Source of the DNA: Nitrosopumilus sp.
GTDB taxonomy: Archaea > Thermoproteota > Nitrososphaeria > Nitrososphaerales > Nitrosopumilaceae
Assembly: GCA_965204345.1 (NCBI GenBank)
Contig: OZ241981.1
Location: forward strand, 1,472,001 to 1,536,000
DNA: 64,000 nt
Direction of reading: 5' to 3'
Below, piece by piece: positions 9,106-18,199 of this stretch. Made by a program: the position numbers and the translations under genes. The notes under the pieces are model-generated. The model worked only from the letters and a program-made list of their open reading frames with translations, ran no database searches and was not told the DNA's origin. How positions within the stretch are numbered: position 1 is the stretch's first letter; every line of letters begins with the position of its first letter.

Positions 9106-9171
9106 TAAAACCTAATCAATGACCTTGCTAAAACCTAATCAATGACCTTGCTAAAACCTAATCAATGACCT
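9106..9171 (+). repeat. 23-bp tandem repeat (TAAAACCTAATCAATGACCTTGC) x2.9 spanning the NDH-2 start codon
   Basis: Copies start at 9106, 9129 and 9152; ATGs at 9119, 9142 and 9165. Confidence 0.95.
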
Positions 9172-11003
9172 CATTAGTTGTTAATTTCTCATTAAGAAAA
9201 GAAGTATTTTTTATCACTTTGGGCTCATTGTTTGGAGCCTTTGTCATGTTTATCCCCAATTTTCTCTTGGATGCATTTACAAATTCTGAATTTTACTTGT
9301 TTTGGATAGTAGCCGCTAGGCTTTTTGGTTCTAGTGACTACCTGGTTGGAGTGTTTGTACATTTTGGAGTAGCTACCATTATTGGAATAATTGTTGGGTT
9401 GATACTATACAAAACAAAAATACTCAACATTTCAAAATTAACCAATGGAATAATTTTTGGAGTTTTAGCAGGAACCGTTGTTACTGTTGTTTTTACAATT
9501 CCCGTTCAATATTTTTGGATTCAGCCTATCATGGCAGAACTAAACAATACTCCTGTAGGTAATTTTGTTCTATCAGAAGAATTTCTAATAAAATCATTTT
9601 TGACGCATTTTCTTTGGGGTGGAACCTTGGGAATTTTGGCATCCTTTTTGACTGCAAAAAAAGGAATGAATTACAGATGCCATAAATGTGATATAGAATT
9701 TTCAAAACTTAGCACGTATGAAGAACATTTTCAATACATCCATGTCTCACCTCATCCCCATACACAAAAAATTGTTATCTTAGGTGGCGGTTATGCAGGT
9801 GTAGGCGTATTAGAAAAAATCCAAAAGCAATTTCAAAAAGATGTTGATATTGACATTTCTATTATTTCAGAACATAATTTTTTTCTTCACACTCCAATGC
9901 TGCCAGAACTATCTACTGGAACTATTGAACCACGCCATATTGCTACTCCGATTAGAAATTTCTGCAAACGTGCCAGATTTTATCAAGCCAAAATAATGAG
10001 TGTTGATTTGGACAAAAAATTTGTAACCATTGATAATTCTGGAGGCAAAAAACAGCTAGAGTATGACTATCTGGTCATTGCAACTGGAACTAAAACAGGA
10101 TTTTTTGGAAATGAAAATCTAAAGAAACATTCTCTTACAATTAAGACTTTAGATGATGCTAATGTACTTAGAAATCAAATAATAACTCAATTAGAGTTAG
10201 CTGATCAACAGGAAATCTCAAAACAACCTGAACTTTTGTCTTTTGTTGTAGTTGGTGGTGGATTCTCTGGAGTTGAAACTGCTGGTGAAATCAATGAATT
10301 TATTCGTGAATCTGCTGAGAAATACTATCGAAATATTGAGCCTGATTCTATTCAGATCAGCCTAATTGCAGCACGAGATCATATATTGCCTGAAATTGGA
10401 ACTCTTGGAAAATATGCTGCAAGTTCTTTAGAAAACGCAGGTGTGAATATAATTTACAATACCAAGGTAACTGATGCTAATACCACACATATCTCACTAA
10501 GTGATAATGCTGAATTGTATTATTCCATGTTGATATGGGCAGGCGGCAATGAATCCCAGGACTTTGTACAATCACTTGACGTTGAACATCATAAATCAGG
10601 GAGAATACTAGTTGACAAATATCTTAGGCTGCCAGAATATTCCAATGTATTTGCATTGGGTGACTGTGCATATATTTTAAATTCTAAAAATGAGCCATAT
10701 CCTCCAACTGCACAGCACGCCATAAGAGAGGCAAAGACCGTGTCTAAAAATCTGATTTCATCAATTCGCAACAATGGCAAATTATCAATATTTGATTATT
10801 CATCAAAGGGCTCTATGGCAAAAATTGGAAAACGGGATGGGGTTGCTAGAATGCTTGGAGTTAATCTAACCGGATTTACAGCTTGGTTTGTGTGGAAGCA
10901 ATACTATTTGTCAACTCTTCCCGTAATGGAGAAACGAATTAGAGTCGGTCTTGATTGGTTTGTGGATCTTTTCTTTACTCGTGATATCACTAAACTAAAT
11001 TAA
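9165..11003 (+). CDS. Type II NADH dehydrogenase-like FAD oxidoreductase with an N-terminal membrane domain and C2H2 zinc finger
   Basis: IVILGGGYAG, FVVVGGGFSGVETAGE, VFALGDCA, PPTAQHAIRE; N-terminal ~4 TM helices and CHKC-x12-H-x4-H. Confidence 0.88.
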   Translation: MTSLVVNFSLRKEVFFITLGSLFGAFVMFIPNFLLDAFTNSEFYLFWIVAARLFGSSDYLVGVFVHFGVATIIGIIVGLILYKTKILNISKLTNGIIFGVLAGTVVTVVFTIPVQYFWIQPIMAELNNTPVGNFVLSEEFLIKSFLTHFLWGGTLGILASFLTAKKGMNYRCHKCDIEFSKLSTYEEHFQYIHVSPHPHTQKIVILGGGYAGVGVLEKIQKQFQKDVDIDISIISEHNFFLHTPMLPELSTGTIEPRHIATPIRNFCKRARFYQAKIMSVDLDKKFVTIDNSGGKKQLEYDYLVIATGTKTGFFGNENLKKHSLTIKTLDDANVLRNQIITQLELADQQEISKQPELLSFVVVGGGFSGVETAGEINEFIRESAEKYYRNIEPDSIQISLIAARDHILPEIGTLGKYAASSLENAGVNIIYNTKVTDANTTHISLSDNAELYYSMLIWAGGNESQDFVQSLDVEHHKSGRILVDKYLRLPEYSNVFALGDCAYILNSKNEPYPPTAQHAIREAKTVSKNLISSIRNNGKLSIFDYSSKGSMAKIGKRDGVARMLGVNLTGFTAWFVWKQYYLSTLPVMEKRIRVGLDWFVDLFFTRDITKLN

Positions 11004-11100
11004 TTTCTGCGTGTTTTCATCCTCAGAACAGTATCTGAATCCTTGTAATTGAATCAAAGATGAAATTATTGTTTAAATTAAACAACATGCCAGTTATCTT

Positions 11101-11205
11101 ATGAAACCTCAATCATGTAGAAATTGTGGAAAAGAACTATTTCAAAACCAAAGAACATGTCCTAACTGTGGCAAGGAAACTGGTCACGATGATATTGAAA
11201 ATTAG
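11101..11205 (+). CDS. 34-aa zinc-ribbon microprotein
   Basis: MKPQSCRNCGKELFQNQRTCPNCGKETGHDDIEN, with CxxCG-x8-CPxCG and TTTAAA about 25 nt upstream. Confidence 0.7.
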   Translation: MKPQSCRNCGKELFQNQRTCPNCGKETGHDDIEN

Positions 11206-11530
11206 TTTTTATCGTAGATTATTACTGTGAATTTGTAATTTTCTTTATAGCTAAAGGTGTCTTCTTGATAAAGAAAGACTCCAAATGATACAAATTAAGG
11301 GAATCCATAAAAATCCAGTTAAGACAGATGGATGTGTATTGCAGATTTTGTGATACTTGTTCTACACTTTCGTTATCAGAGGCTTGGATGACAAATGTTG
11401 CTAAGACTTGGCCAAACAGGGGAGGTGCTCCAAATAGAAAAAAATAACACTGTGGATATCACTGAACTAGAGATATCCCATTGGGAATCAATTTTTGTTC
11501 TTAAATGAGTTTAATTCCTATTTTTCCAAG

Positions 11531-11745
11531 ATGGGATGCGATGATGTGTGCAAAAACTATCGTGCAGTAGACCTCGTATAGGTAGAAGATATGAAAATGG
11601 ATACAAAAGATATCAAACGTGCAAAATCTCTGTTCATTATGAGGGATTATTTTGCCCCTGCTGTAGCGTTAGACTCTGTCACTCTTCTAGATACATAAAA
11701 CCAAAAGAAAAGAATCCTCATCTTATAAGAATTAGTCTGCAATGA
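11531..11745 (+). pseudogene. Frameshifted Cys-rich small zinc-binding protein
   Basis: MGCDDVCKNYRA (frame from 11531, stops at ~11581) continues in another frame as RPRIGRRYENGYKRYQTCKISVHYEGLFCPCCSVRL, resembling the thaumarchaeal CxxxC...CPCC small-protein family. Confidence 0.6.
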
Positions 11746-11752
11746 TATTGAT

Positions 11753-13420
11753 TCATGCTCTGTTTTTTGATATTGTAGCATTATTGGGATCTAAATCCTC
11801 CCAAGTTACCTCATAACCCATTTTTGATAACAAATCAGCATGACATGGATCAGGAATTTTTTGTGATGATAATATATTACATGCCTCAACAAATTGAGAA
11901 ACTTTGTCAAGTTTATCTGCAATAGAACTAATTTTCTTTTTTGAAATCAGATATGATTCTGCCACTATGTAATCGTCCGGGTAATCTGTAAGAAGAATCT
12001 TTAATGTTGCAGCTTCCGGAAGAGAATTTTCAAGAGCAGTCTGTTTTACTGAAATCAAGTCCGAATTTTTTTCATCTATCTTTATTTTTGTGCGAATCTT
12101 TTCTTCAACTATTTCAGCATCAATCTTTTTCAAATGTTCTAAAATGGGCTTGATTGAGACATCTTTTTGAAAAGTAAATATTCTATCTTTTGAAATTGTT
12201 TTAATCTGTGAGCATGACAATTCAGAGTTTACGGCTACTAGCAAATCAATATTTTTGTGGTTCTTATCAAACAACACCTTCAATTTAGAGGCTTTTCTTT
12301 CAAGATACTCTCTTGTCCAAAAACCTACAATTTCAAAATATACTTTTCTTCCAAATCTTTCAAAAAGAAAATCAGGAATCATTGCTTTGCCATCTGCAAC
12401 CAAGGGATCCGGCTCTCTGGATATTTTCCATCCAAACTTGTCATTTTGATCAAAGTGTTGGTAGAATTTTTTTGCAAATGCTGCTTCTGTAGAACTGTCA
12501 TACACAGAATCATCAATTTTCATGCTCCCTTCATTGTCTTGACGTGTTGAATCTATCACTGAACGAAGAAATTCCTTGGTACTTTCATTTGATAGTTCAA
12601 ATGAATAGATTTTTTGTCCATCTTCTGTTTTTTTCACTATAGAACCATTGATTTTCCACGTTGGCGTGCCTACAATTGAGGGTAGTAGTTTGGCCATTGA
12701 TGTTCCATACCTGTCAGTCATTTTGAAGAGACTAAGCGGTCCCTCTAAAACACATTTTATTGAATCATTATCAGAGTTCTCTTCTGAATTATACTGATAT
12801 TCTAGATTATACATCAAGCCGCATCTTTTGATATTGCGTAAGACCTGCTTCCAGTATATTCCCCCCTTTACATAAAATTCTAATTTTGTACATTTGAAAA
12901 GTAATGTCTGAAATAACGAAAGATTATACCATAAAATTAGATCCTTGGCACTGATGATATCAAATTGTGCTAGTATCAAATTCTCATCTTTATCACTCCA
13001 CATTATAGTCTCAATATTTTCTGATGAAACGTGCATCTGATTTGCAACTTTTTGTATGATGCCTTGTCTCTGCGAATCAGACAAGGCCAAACCTTGTTTT
13101 GATGATTCTTCAAATAACTTTTGTCTTATGAGCATTGGTGTTGCATTGGATGTTGATGTGTTTAACCTCTCGAAAATAGAACGTCTTTCCAATAAAGCGA
13201 AAAATCCGCGTACTAGCTTGTAATCATGCTCTGATTCAAGTTTTCTAATCTTTTGCAGTAAATCTCCTTTATGCCGTTTGTCTTTTTGTGCATTTGTAAA
13301 AAATACAATGAGTTTGTTTGCAAGCTCATAATCAGTGCCATTACCAAAATCACCGCTACAAAATAATGGCGTTATGTTGCCTCGACTAATTTTGGTACGT
13401 AACAGCTCAGATGAAAGCAT
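11753..13420 (-). CDS. DUF790 family / Bax1-like nuclease
   Basis: WYNLSLFQTLLF, EGPLSLFKMTDRYGTSMAKLLP, REPDPL..IPDFLF..YFEIVGFWTREYL; downstream of XPB. Confidence 0.9.
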   Translation of the reverse strand: MLSSELLRTKISRGNITPLFCSGDFGNGTDYELANKLIVFFTNAQKDKRHKGDLLQKIRKLESEHDYKLVRGFFALLERRSIFERLNTSTSNATPMLIRQKLFEESSKQGLALSDSQRQGIIQKVANQMHVSSENIETIMWSDKDENLILAQFDIISAKDLILWYNLSLFQTLLFKCTKLEFYVKGGIYWKQVLRNIKRCGLMYNLEYQYNSEENSDNDSIKCVLEGPLSLFKMTDRYGTSMAKLLPSIVGTPTWKINGSIVKKTEDGQKIYSFELSNESTKEFLRSVIDSTRQDNEGSMKIDDSVYDSSTEAAFAKKFYQHFDQNDKFGWKISREPDPLVADGKAMIPDFLFERFGRKVYFEIVGFWTREYLERKASKLKVLFDKNHKNIDLLVAVNSELSCSQIKTISKDRIFTFQKDVSIKPILEHLKKIDAEIVEEKIRTKIKIDEKNSDLISVKQTALENSLPEAATLKILLTDYPDDYIVAESYLISKKKISSIADKLDKVSQFVEACNILSSQKIPDPCHADLLSKMGYEVTWEDLDPNNATISKNRA

Positions 13421-13468
13421 CAGAAATCAACTCTCCATCTCGTTTTGTCATTTTATCATCCAACATCA

Positions 13469-14917
13469 TTATACTCCTCCATAGGATGATGAGTTTTCGT
13501 TGTTAGTAGAATTTTTTTTCAACAAAGTTATTCTTTTTGCACTGGTGTTCGTCTCTCTAGTGTGTCTTGATATCAATTCCACTAATCTGGCCTTTCTACC
13601 GTCCTGTTTTGGCCTTAGAATTCTACCCAGCCTCTGGATTAGCTCCCTTCCACTGCCTGTTCCACTCATAATTATGCCTAATTCTGCGTCTGGAACGTCT
13701 ACTCCTTCATCCAAAACCCGTGAAGTGACTACTGCGTTATATCTGCCAGATCTGAATCCTTCAAGAACATCCCGCCTTTCATCTTTTGTAGTCTTGTATG
13801 TTATGTGTGGAATCAGAAATTTGTTTGAAAGATCATAGACCATCTTGTTATTCTGGGTGAAAATTATTGTCTTTGTTTTTTTGTTTTGTTGCAATATTTT
13901 TTGTAATTCATCCACTTTTGATTGGCTGTTTAATGCAATCTCATTTGCCTTGTTTCTTGCAAGCATTGCTTCTCGTGCAATCTTGTTTTTGTTTGACATC
14001 ATGATTAGGCGTTTAAGATTATACATTGATGGAACTTTGAATCCTAACTGTCTGAGATTTGCCAAGAATTTTTTATGATTAACTTCATATTCCCTTTGTT
14101 CTTGAGTGGTTAGGGTAACTTGTATCCTGTCAATTGTGTATTCTGCTAGATGTTTTTGTTCTGAGAGTCCTTGTAAGCCAAGGCGAAATACCACTCCTCC
14201 GGTTAGATATGGAATCAACTCATGCAGTTCATCTTCCCTCTCTATTGTTGCAGTCAAGCCTAATCTGTATGGAGAAATGAACTGTTCTGCAATAGAGCGG
14301 TATCCTGGAGCAGGCAGATGATGAACTTCATCAAAAATAATCAATTTGAATTGATTTCCAATTGCTGATGCTCTAAGATATGCAGAATCATATGTTGCAA
14401 CAGTAATTGCTTGAATGTCATCTTCTCCACCTCCCAATTTTCCTACAGAAACGTTTTGAGAGGTTTGATTGTTAATTGTGAGATGTTTTGAGATGCTGTT
14501 TTCCCACTGTTCCATTAAATCTATTGTTGGAACTATCACCAATGCAGACGAATTTACTTTTTGAATTGCTTTGATTCCGATGGCCGTCTTTCCAGCACCT
14601 GTAGGCAAAATAACACATCCTCTCATGGATGATTTTTCCCAGTTTTGTATGGCTTGCTGTTGATAGTCGCGCAACTCCAAATTCTTTATTTGAAATACCG
14701 GGGAATCAATAAAATCATGTACATTATCGATAAAATCCAAATCACTATTTGTTAGATAATCTACAATTTCTTGATAGTTCAGACCGTAAGATCTGAGAGA
14801 TTTCGTTCTATCGTCATATTTTGTGTTTGGGATTCTAACTAGATTACTATCTTCAATACGTATTGAGCCTTTCTCAAAGAATAGTCTTGGTTTTGTTGAT
14901 GATGATGATGATGGCAC
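13469..14917 (-). CDS. xpb: XPB/Rad25-like superfamily 2 helicase
   Basis: LRDYQ, LPTGAGKT, DEVHH, GLTATIEREDE (RED motif), LDEGVDVP, QRLGRILR. Confidence 0.9.
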   Translation of the reverse strand: MPSSSSSTKPRLFFEKGSIRIEDSNLVRIPNTKYDDRTKSLRSYGLNYQEIVDYLTNSDLDFIDNVHDFIDSPVFQIKNLELRDYQQQAIQNWEKSSMRGCVILPTGAGKTAIGIKAIQKVNSSALVIVPTIDLMEQWENSISKHLTINNQTSQNVSVGKLGGGEDDIQAITVATYDSAYLRASAIGNQFKLIIFDEVHHLPAPGYRSIAEQFISPYRLGLTATIEREDELHELIPYLTGGVVFRLGLQGLSEQKHLAEYTIDRIQVTLTTQEQREYEVNHKKFLANLRQLGFKVPSMYNLKRLIMMSNKNKIAREAMLARNKANEIALNSQSKVDELQKILQQNKKTKTIIFTQNNKMVYDLSNKFLIPHITYKTTKDERRDVLEGFRSGRYNAVVTSRVLDEGVDVPDAELGIIMSGTGSGRELIQRLGRILRPKQDGRKARLVELISRHTRETNTSAKRITLLKKNSTNNENSSSYGGV

Positions 14918-15006
14918 TCTGTCTCATTTTTGTAAATGTCACTATAATCATTTTTTGATCGTCTATTAGATCGCCCTAGTCAACAAAAAATAAAAATTTA
15001 CGCTCG

Positions 15007-15675
15007 TCATTTAATCAGTCTTTTGGCTCTGGCAAATACAACAGACCATTGATTCCAGGTTAGTCTACCCGTCTGTGTATTTTGTTTTGATGGATGATAT
15101 GATGTGAGAATCTGGATGGAGTCATGCTTGAATAGTTTATTGTGGCCAAATTTCTCTGGTTTAGTCTCATACAATTTACACGTGGCATCATATGCGATTT
15201 TTCCAAGACACAAAACTGTTGTAACATTTTTTAGAATTTCTCTTTCTTGCTTTAAATACCCAAAACAGGCATTCATCTCTTCTCGTGTTGGTTTGTTTTG
15301 TGGCGGTGCACATCTTACTGCTGCTGTAATGTATGCATTTTTTAGCACTAGTCCATCATCAACAGTCTGACTGGTTGGAATCGATGCAAATCCATATTTG
15401 TGCATCACTTTTGCAACCCAATCCCCTGATGAATCACCTGTAAACATTCTACCTGTTCTGTTTCCACCATGCGCTGCGGGTGCTAATCCAACAATCAGTA
15501 ATTTAGCTTTAACATCTCCAAACCCTGAGAGTGGTTTGCCATAGTATTTTTCCTCTTTGAATCGCCTGATCTTATTTCTTGCAACATCTCTGATGTACAC
15601 TGAGAGTCTTGGACATTTTTTGCAGCTTGCAATCTTTTTGTTTAGGGATTTGATGGTCTTCAATGCTATTCTCAA
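15007..15675 (-). CDS. Uracil-DNA glycosylase family 5 (UdgB-type, 4Fe-4S)
   Basis: CKKCPRL, GLAPAAHGGNRTGRMFTGDSSG, RCAPPQNKP, YHPSKQNTQTG. Confidence 0.93.
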   Translation of the reverse strand: MRIALKTIKSLNKKIASCKKCPRLSVYIRDVARNKIRRFKEEKYYGKPLSGFGDVKAKLLIVGLAPAAHGGNRTGRMFTGDSSGDWVAKVMHKYGFASIPTSQTVDDGLVLKNAYITAAVRCAPPQNKPTREEMNACFGYLKQEREILKNVTTVLCLGKIAYDATCKLYETKPEKFGHNKLFKHDSIQILTSYHPSKQNTQTGRLTWNQWSVVFARAKRLIK

Positions 15676-15694
15676 ATTCTTCTTCTTCTTCTTC

Positions 15695-16300
15695 TTATGG
15701 GAATTTATCCGTAAAAACTACTTTTTCCAATGGTAACTGTCCTCCACGTGGCATTGCAGGTTGCACTTGCTTTCCTACTGCAATCATCATTGATATTACA
15801 TGATTTTCTGGAAGTTTGATTATCTCGGCTACTTTATCAGGATCAAAACCTATCATCGGATTTGAATCATATCCCATTGATTTTGCAGTAAGCATAATGG
15901 TTTGAGCTGCAATTCCACAGGATCTCATGGCTTCATCTCTTTGCAGTTCGTCTTTTCCCTCATAAAATGATCCCATTGCAGATACTAGAAAATCTTGATC
16001 TTCTTTTGGAGCATTCTTCCAGTATTGAACAGGATCATCTTTCCATGCTTTCAAATCAGCACAAACTATTATGAGTAATGACGAATCAGTAACTTGAGCT
16101 TGATCCGATGATGCTGCACGGATTTGTTTTCTAGTTTCAGAATCTTTTACTAGAACAAATCTCCAGTTTTGCATGTTAAATGACGTTGGTGATAAAACTG
16201 CTAATGACATTATTTTGTTTATTTCATCATCTGTCAGATTGTAATTTACATCATAGTGTTTTACAGAACGACGTTCTTTAATTGCATCAAATGTATTCAT
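15695..16300 (-). CDS. Nitroreductase family protein
   Basis: ERRSVKHY, SPTSFNMQNWRF, MLTAKSMGYDSNPMIGFD. Confidence 0.93.
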   Translation of the reverse strand: MNTFDAIKERRSVKHYDVNYNLTDDEINKIMSLAVLSPTSFNMQNWRFVLVKDSETRKQIRAASSDQAQVTDSSLLIIVCADLKAWKDDPVQYWKNAPKEDQDFLVSAMGSFYEGKDELQRDEAMRSCGIAAQTIMLTAKSMGYDSNPMIGFDPDKVAEIIKLPENHVISMMIAVGKQVQPAMPRGGQLPLEKVVFTDKFP

Positions 16301-16320
16301 ATATCTATAATTCTGTGTTG

Positions 16321-17014
16321 CTATTTATTTTTATAAAAAATAAAAAACCAGATTAAAAAAAATTCTAGTTGGCTTGTTGCTTCAGTTAATATTGAAGAGA
16401 TCTTACTGCGCAGTTCTTGTTCTGATTTTAAACAGCAGAACCCATTTTTTATAAGAACTGTCTCAACCATTGCATTAGCACCCTTGTAGAATGTTTCTCC
16501 AAATGATTTTTCTAATCTTGATTTGATTCTGTCTTTTTTAGATCCCAGTATTGCAGTCAATCTTAGGGTATTTCAAAGAAGATTTGGATACAGAGGAGGC
16601 AGAAAAATGTGACCGAATTCAGATTCTCAAGTAATCCTGTTGTTGAACATAATTTGGAAATATAAAGAAGAACCATCATCTTTGTCAAGAAATTTACGCG
16701 TTATCCTACCTGCCGATTCATTAATTTGAACAACTCACAAGCTTTCATCAGTAACAATATCTCTATAATCACATGTAGATGGATTAACATTTTATTGTCA
16801 TTAACTAGTTACCTTATCATTCCAGAAAAAATCATTTTTTAGGATCTGATAATGAATCTCTAATTTTATCAGCAACTCAAACCATGCCAGTATTTCAGCA
16901 GATACTCCAAAGATTTCTTGAGAATTAGCAAGTTGGGGAGTAAGAATGAAAATCCATGCAAATAAGATAATAATCCCCGATTGCTAAAACAGACACAAAA
17001 GCAACATGTTTCAT
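16321..17014 (-). pseudogene. Degraded gene remnant(s), product unknown
   Basis: ATG 17014 MKHVAFVSVLAIG shifts into IIILFAWIFILTPQLA; downstream protein-like frames are broken by stops (VVQINESAGRITRKFLDK..., EFGHIFLPPLYP). Confidence 0.4.
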
Positions 17015-17198
17015 AAAATAATTTGTTTAGAAACAAGAATAAAATCTCTCATTTATAAAATTCAATGATTTTTTATTGAAATCATTTTTTTTTGAGCCTA
17101 AATTCTATAAAAAATAGATGCTGCAAAAACATATCGTAATTAATGTAAAAAATAAAATGCTGCAAACAACTTTATTCTAGTTTGACAATTCTAAAGCA

Positions 17199-17813
17199 TT
17201 GGCATTAAAAAACGTAAAGACATCATTAAACAAAATTTCAAAATCTTTAGGAGAGATTCAGGATGCACGAGAATTTTTACTCAAAAATACAAGAGAAATT
17301 ATTATCCTATGCAGTAAATCAATCATTGCTGTTCATAAAGAAGATTTAGCAACTGGGAAAAAAAATCTAAAAGATGCCGAACAACTTTTAAAAAAATATA
17401 AGAAAAAAGCAACCGGGGATCTTAGAAGATATCTTATTACTCCAGAACAAGAGTTTGTAGAAGCGACATGCTTAATTGCAATTGTAGAACAAAGAGAAAT
17501 TCCTTCAGATAAAAAACTAGCAGTGATGCCAGAATCATATGTTTTAGGATTATTGGATTGTGTAGGAGAATTAAAAAGGCAGGTATTAGATAAGATTAGA
17601 ATTGGAAAAATTGATGATGCCACAAGGATTTTTGAAACAATGGAAAATCTCTATCTTCAATTATACACTTTTTCAATGTATGATAAAGTAGTAAAAGAAG
17701 CTAGAAGGAAAATCGACGTCAATAGAATTCTAGTGGATGATGTTAGATCCATAATTACAGAAGAAAAAAGACGCACAGAATTGATTAAAACTTTAGAAAA
17801 ATTAGAAAAATAA
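17199..17813 (+). CDS. Translin/TRAX-like (C3PO) RNA-binding protein
   Basis: RE..LK..REII..C..SI..VH, EQEFVEA, SYVLGLLDCVGELKR, RRKIDVNR. Confidence 0.85.
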   Translation: MALKNVKTSLNKISKSLGEIQDAREFLLKNTREIIILCSKSIIAVHKEDLATGKKNLKDAEQLLKKYKKKATGDLRRYLITPEQEFVEATCLIAIVEQREIPSDKKLAVMPESYVLGLLDCVGELKRQVLDKIRIGKIDDATRIFETMENLYLQLYTFSMYDKVVKEARRKIDVNRILVDDVRSIITEEKRRTELIKTLEKLEK

Positions 17814-17826
17814 TCTTGTTGAGCAG

Positions 17827-17911
17827 TGCGGATGATGGGATTTGAACCCACGAACTCCTGAGAGACTAGCCCCTCAAGCTAGCGCCTTTGGCCAGGCTGG
17901 GCGACATCCGC
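17827..17911 (-). tRNA. tRNA-Leu(GAG)
   Basis: GCGGATG...CATCCGC-A acceptor; CTAGC-TTGAGGG-GCTAG anticodon arm; long variable arm; GGTTCAAATCC. Confidence 0.95.
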
Positions 17912-17961
17912 AATAAAACTCTCTTGCATGGTTTTTATAATCCTTGATTACTTTTTTGTTC

Positions 17962-18198
17962 GTGCTAATTTCTGTTAGATGTTTAACATGTGGAAAACTA
18001 ATATCAGACAAGTTTGATGATTATCAAAATAAAATTAAGGCAGGCGAAGATCCTACAAAAACTCTTGATTCCTTAGGAATAGAGAGATACTGTTGCAGAA
18101 GAATGCTTTTGACTACTGTTGAAACAATTCAGCAAGTAATCCCATTTTATGAAGCAATTCAGAGAAGAAAACAAGAAGTTCAATCTGAGTTAGAATAA
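17962..18198 (+). CDS. rpoN: DNA-directed RNA polymerase subunit N (Rpo10)
   Basis: MLISVRCLTCGK...LGIERYCCRRMLLT; GTG start at 17962. Confidence 0.95.
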   Translation: MLISVRCLTCGKLISDKFDDYQNKIKAGEDPTKTLDSLGIERYCCRRMLLTTVETIQQVIPFYEAIQRRKQEVQSELE

Positions 18199-18199
18199 C

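Noticed and set aside
9106-9171. 23-bp repeats as a mini CRISPR array
   Set aside because: Copies are head-to-tail with no spacers, and there are no cas genes in the window
11328-11447. Short ORF MDVYCRFCDTC...
   Set aside because: Only a partial Cys motif and no clear promoter; cannot be distinguished from a relic or chance
11753-14917. Helicase + PD-(D/E)xK-like nuclease as a novel defence system
   Set aside because: Fits the known XPB-Bax1 (DUF790) repair pair, including the RED motif
16321-17911. Integrated element at tRNA-Leu (also considered for tRNA-His and tRNA-Glu)
   Set aside because: No integrase, transposase or duplicated tRNA 3' end seen
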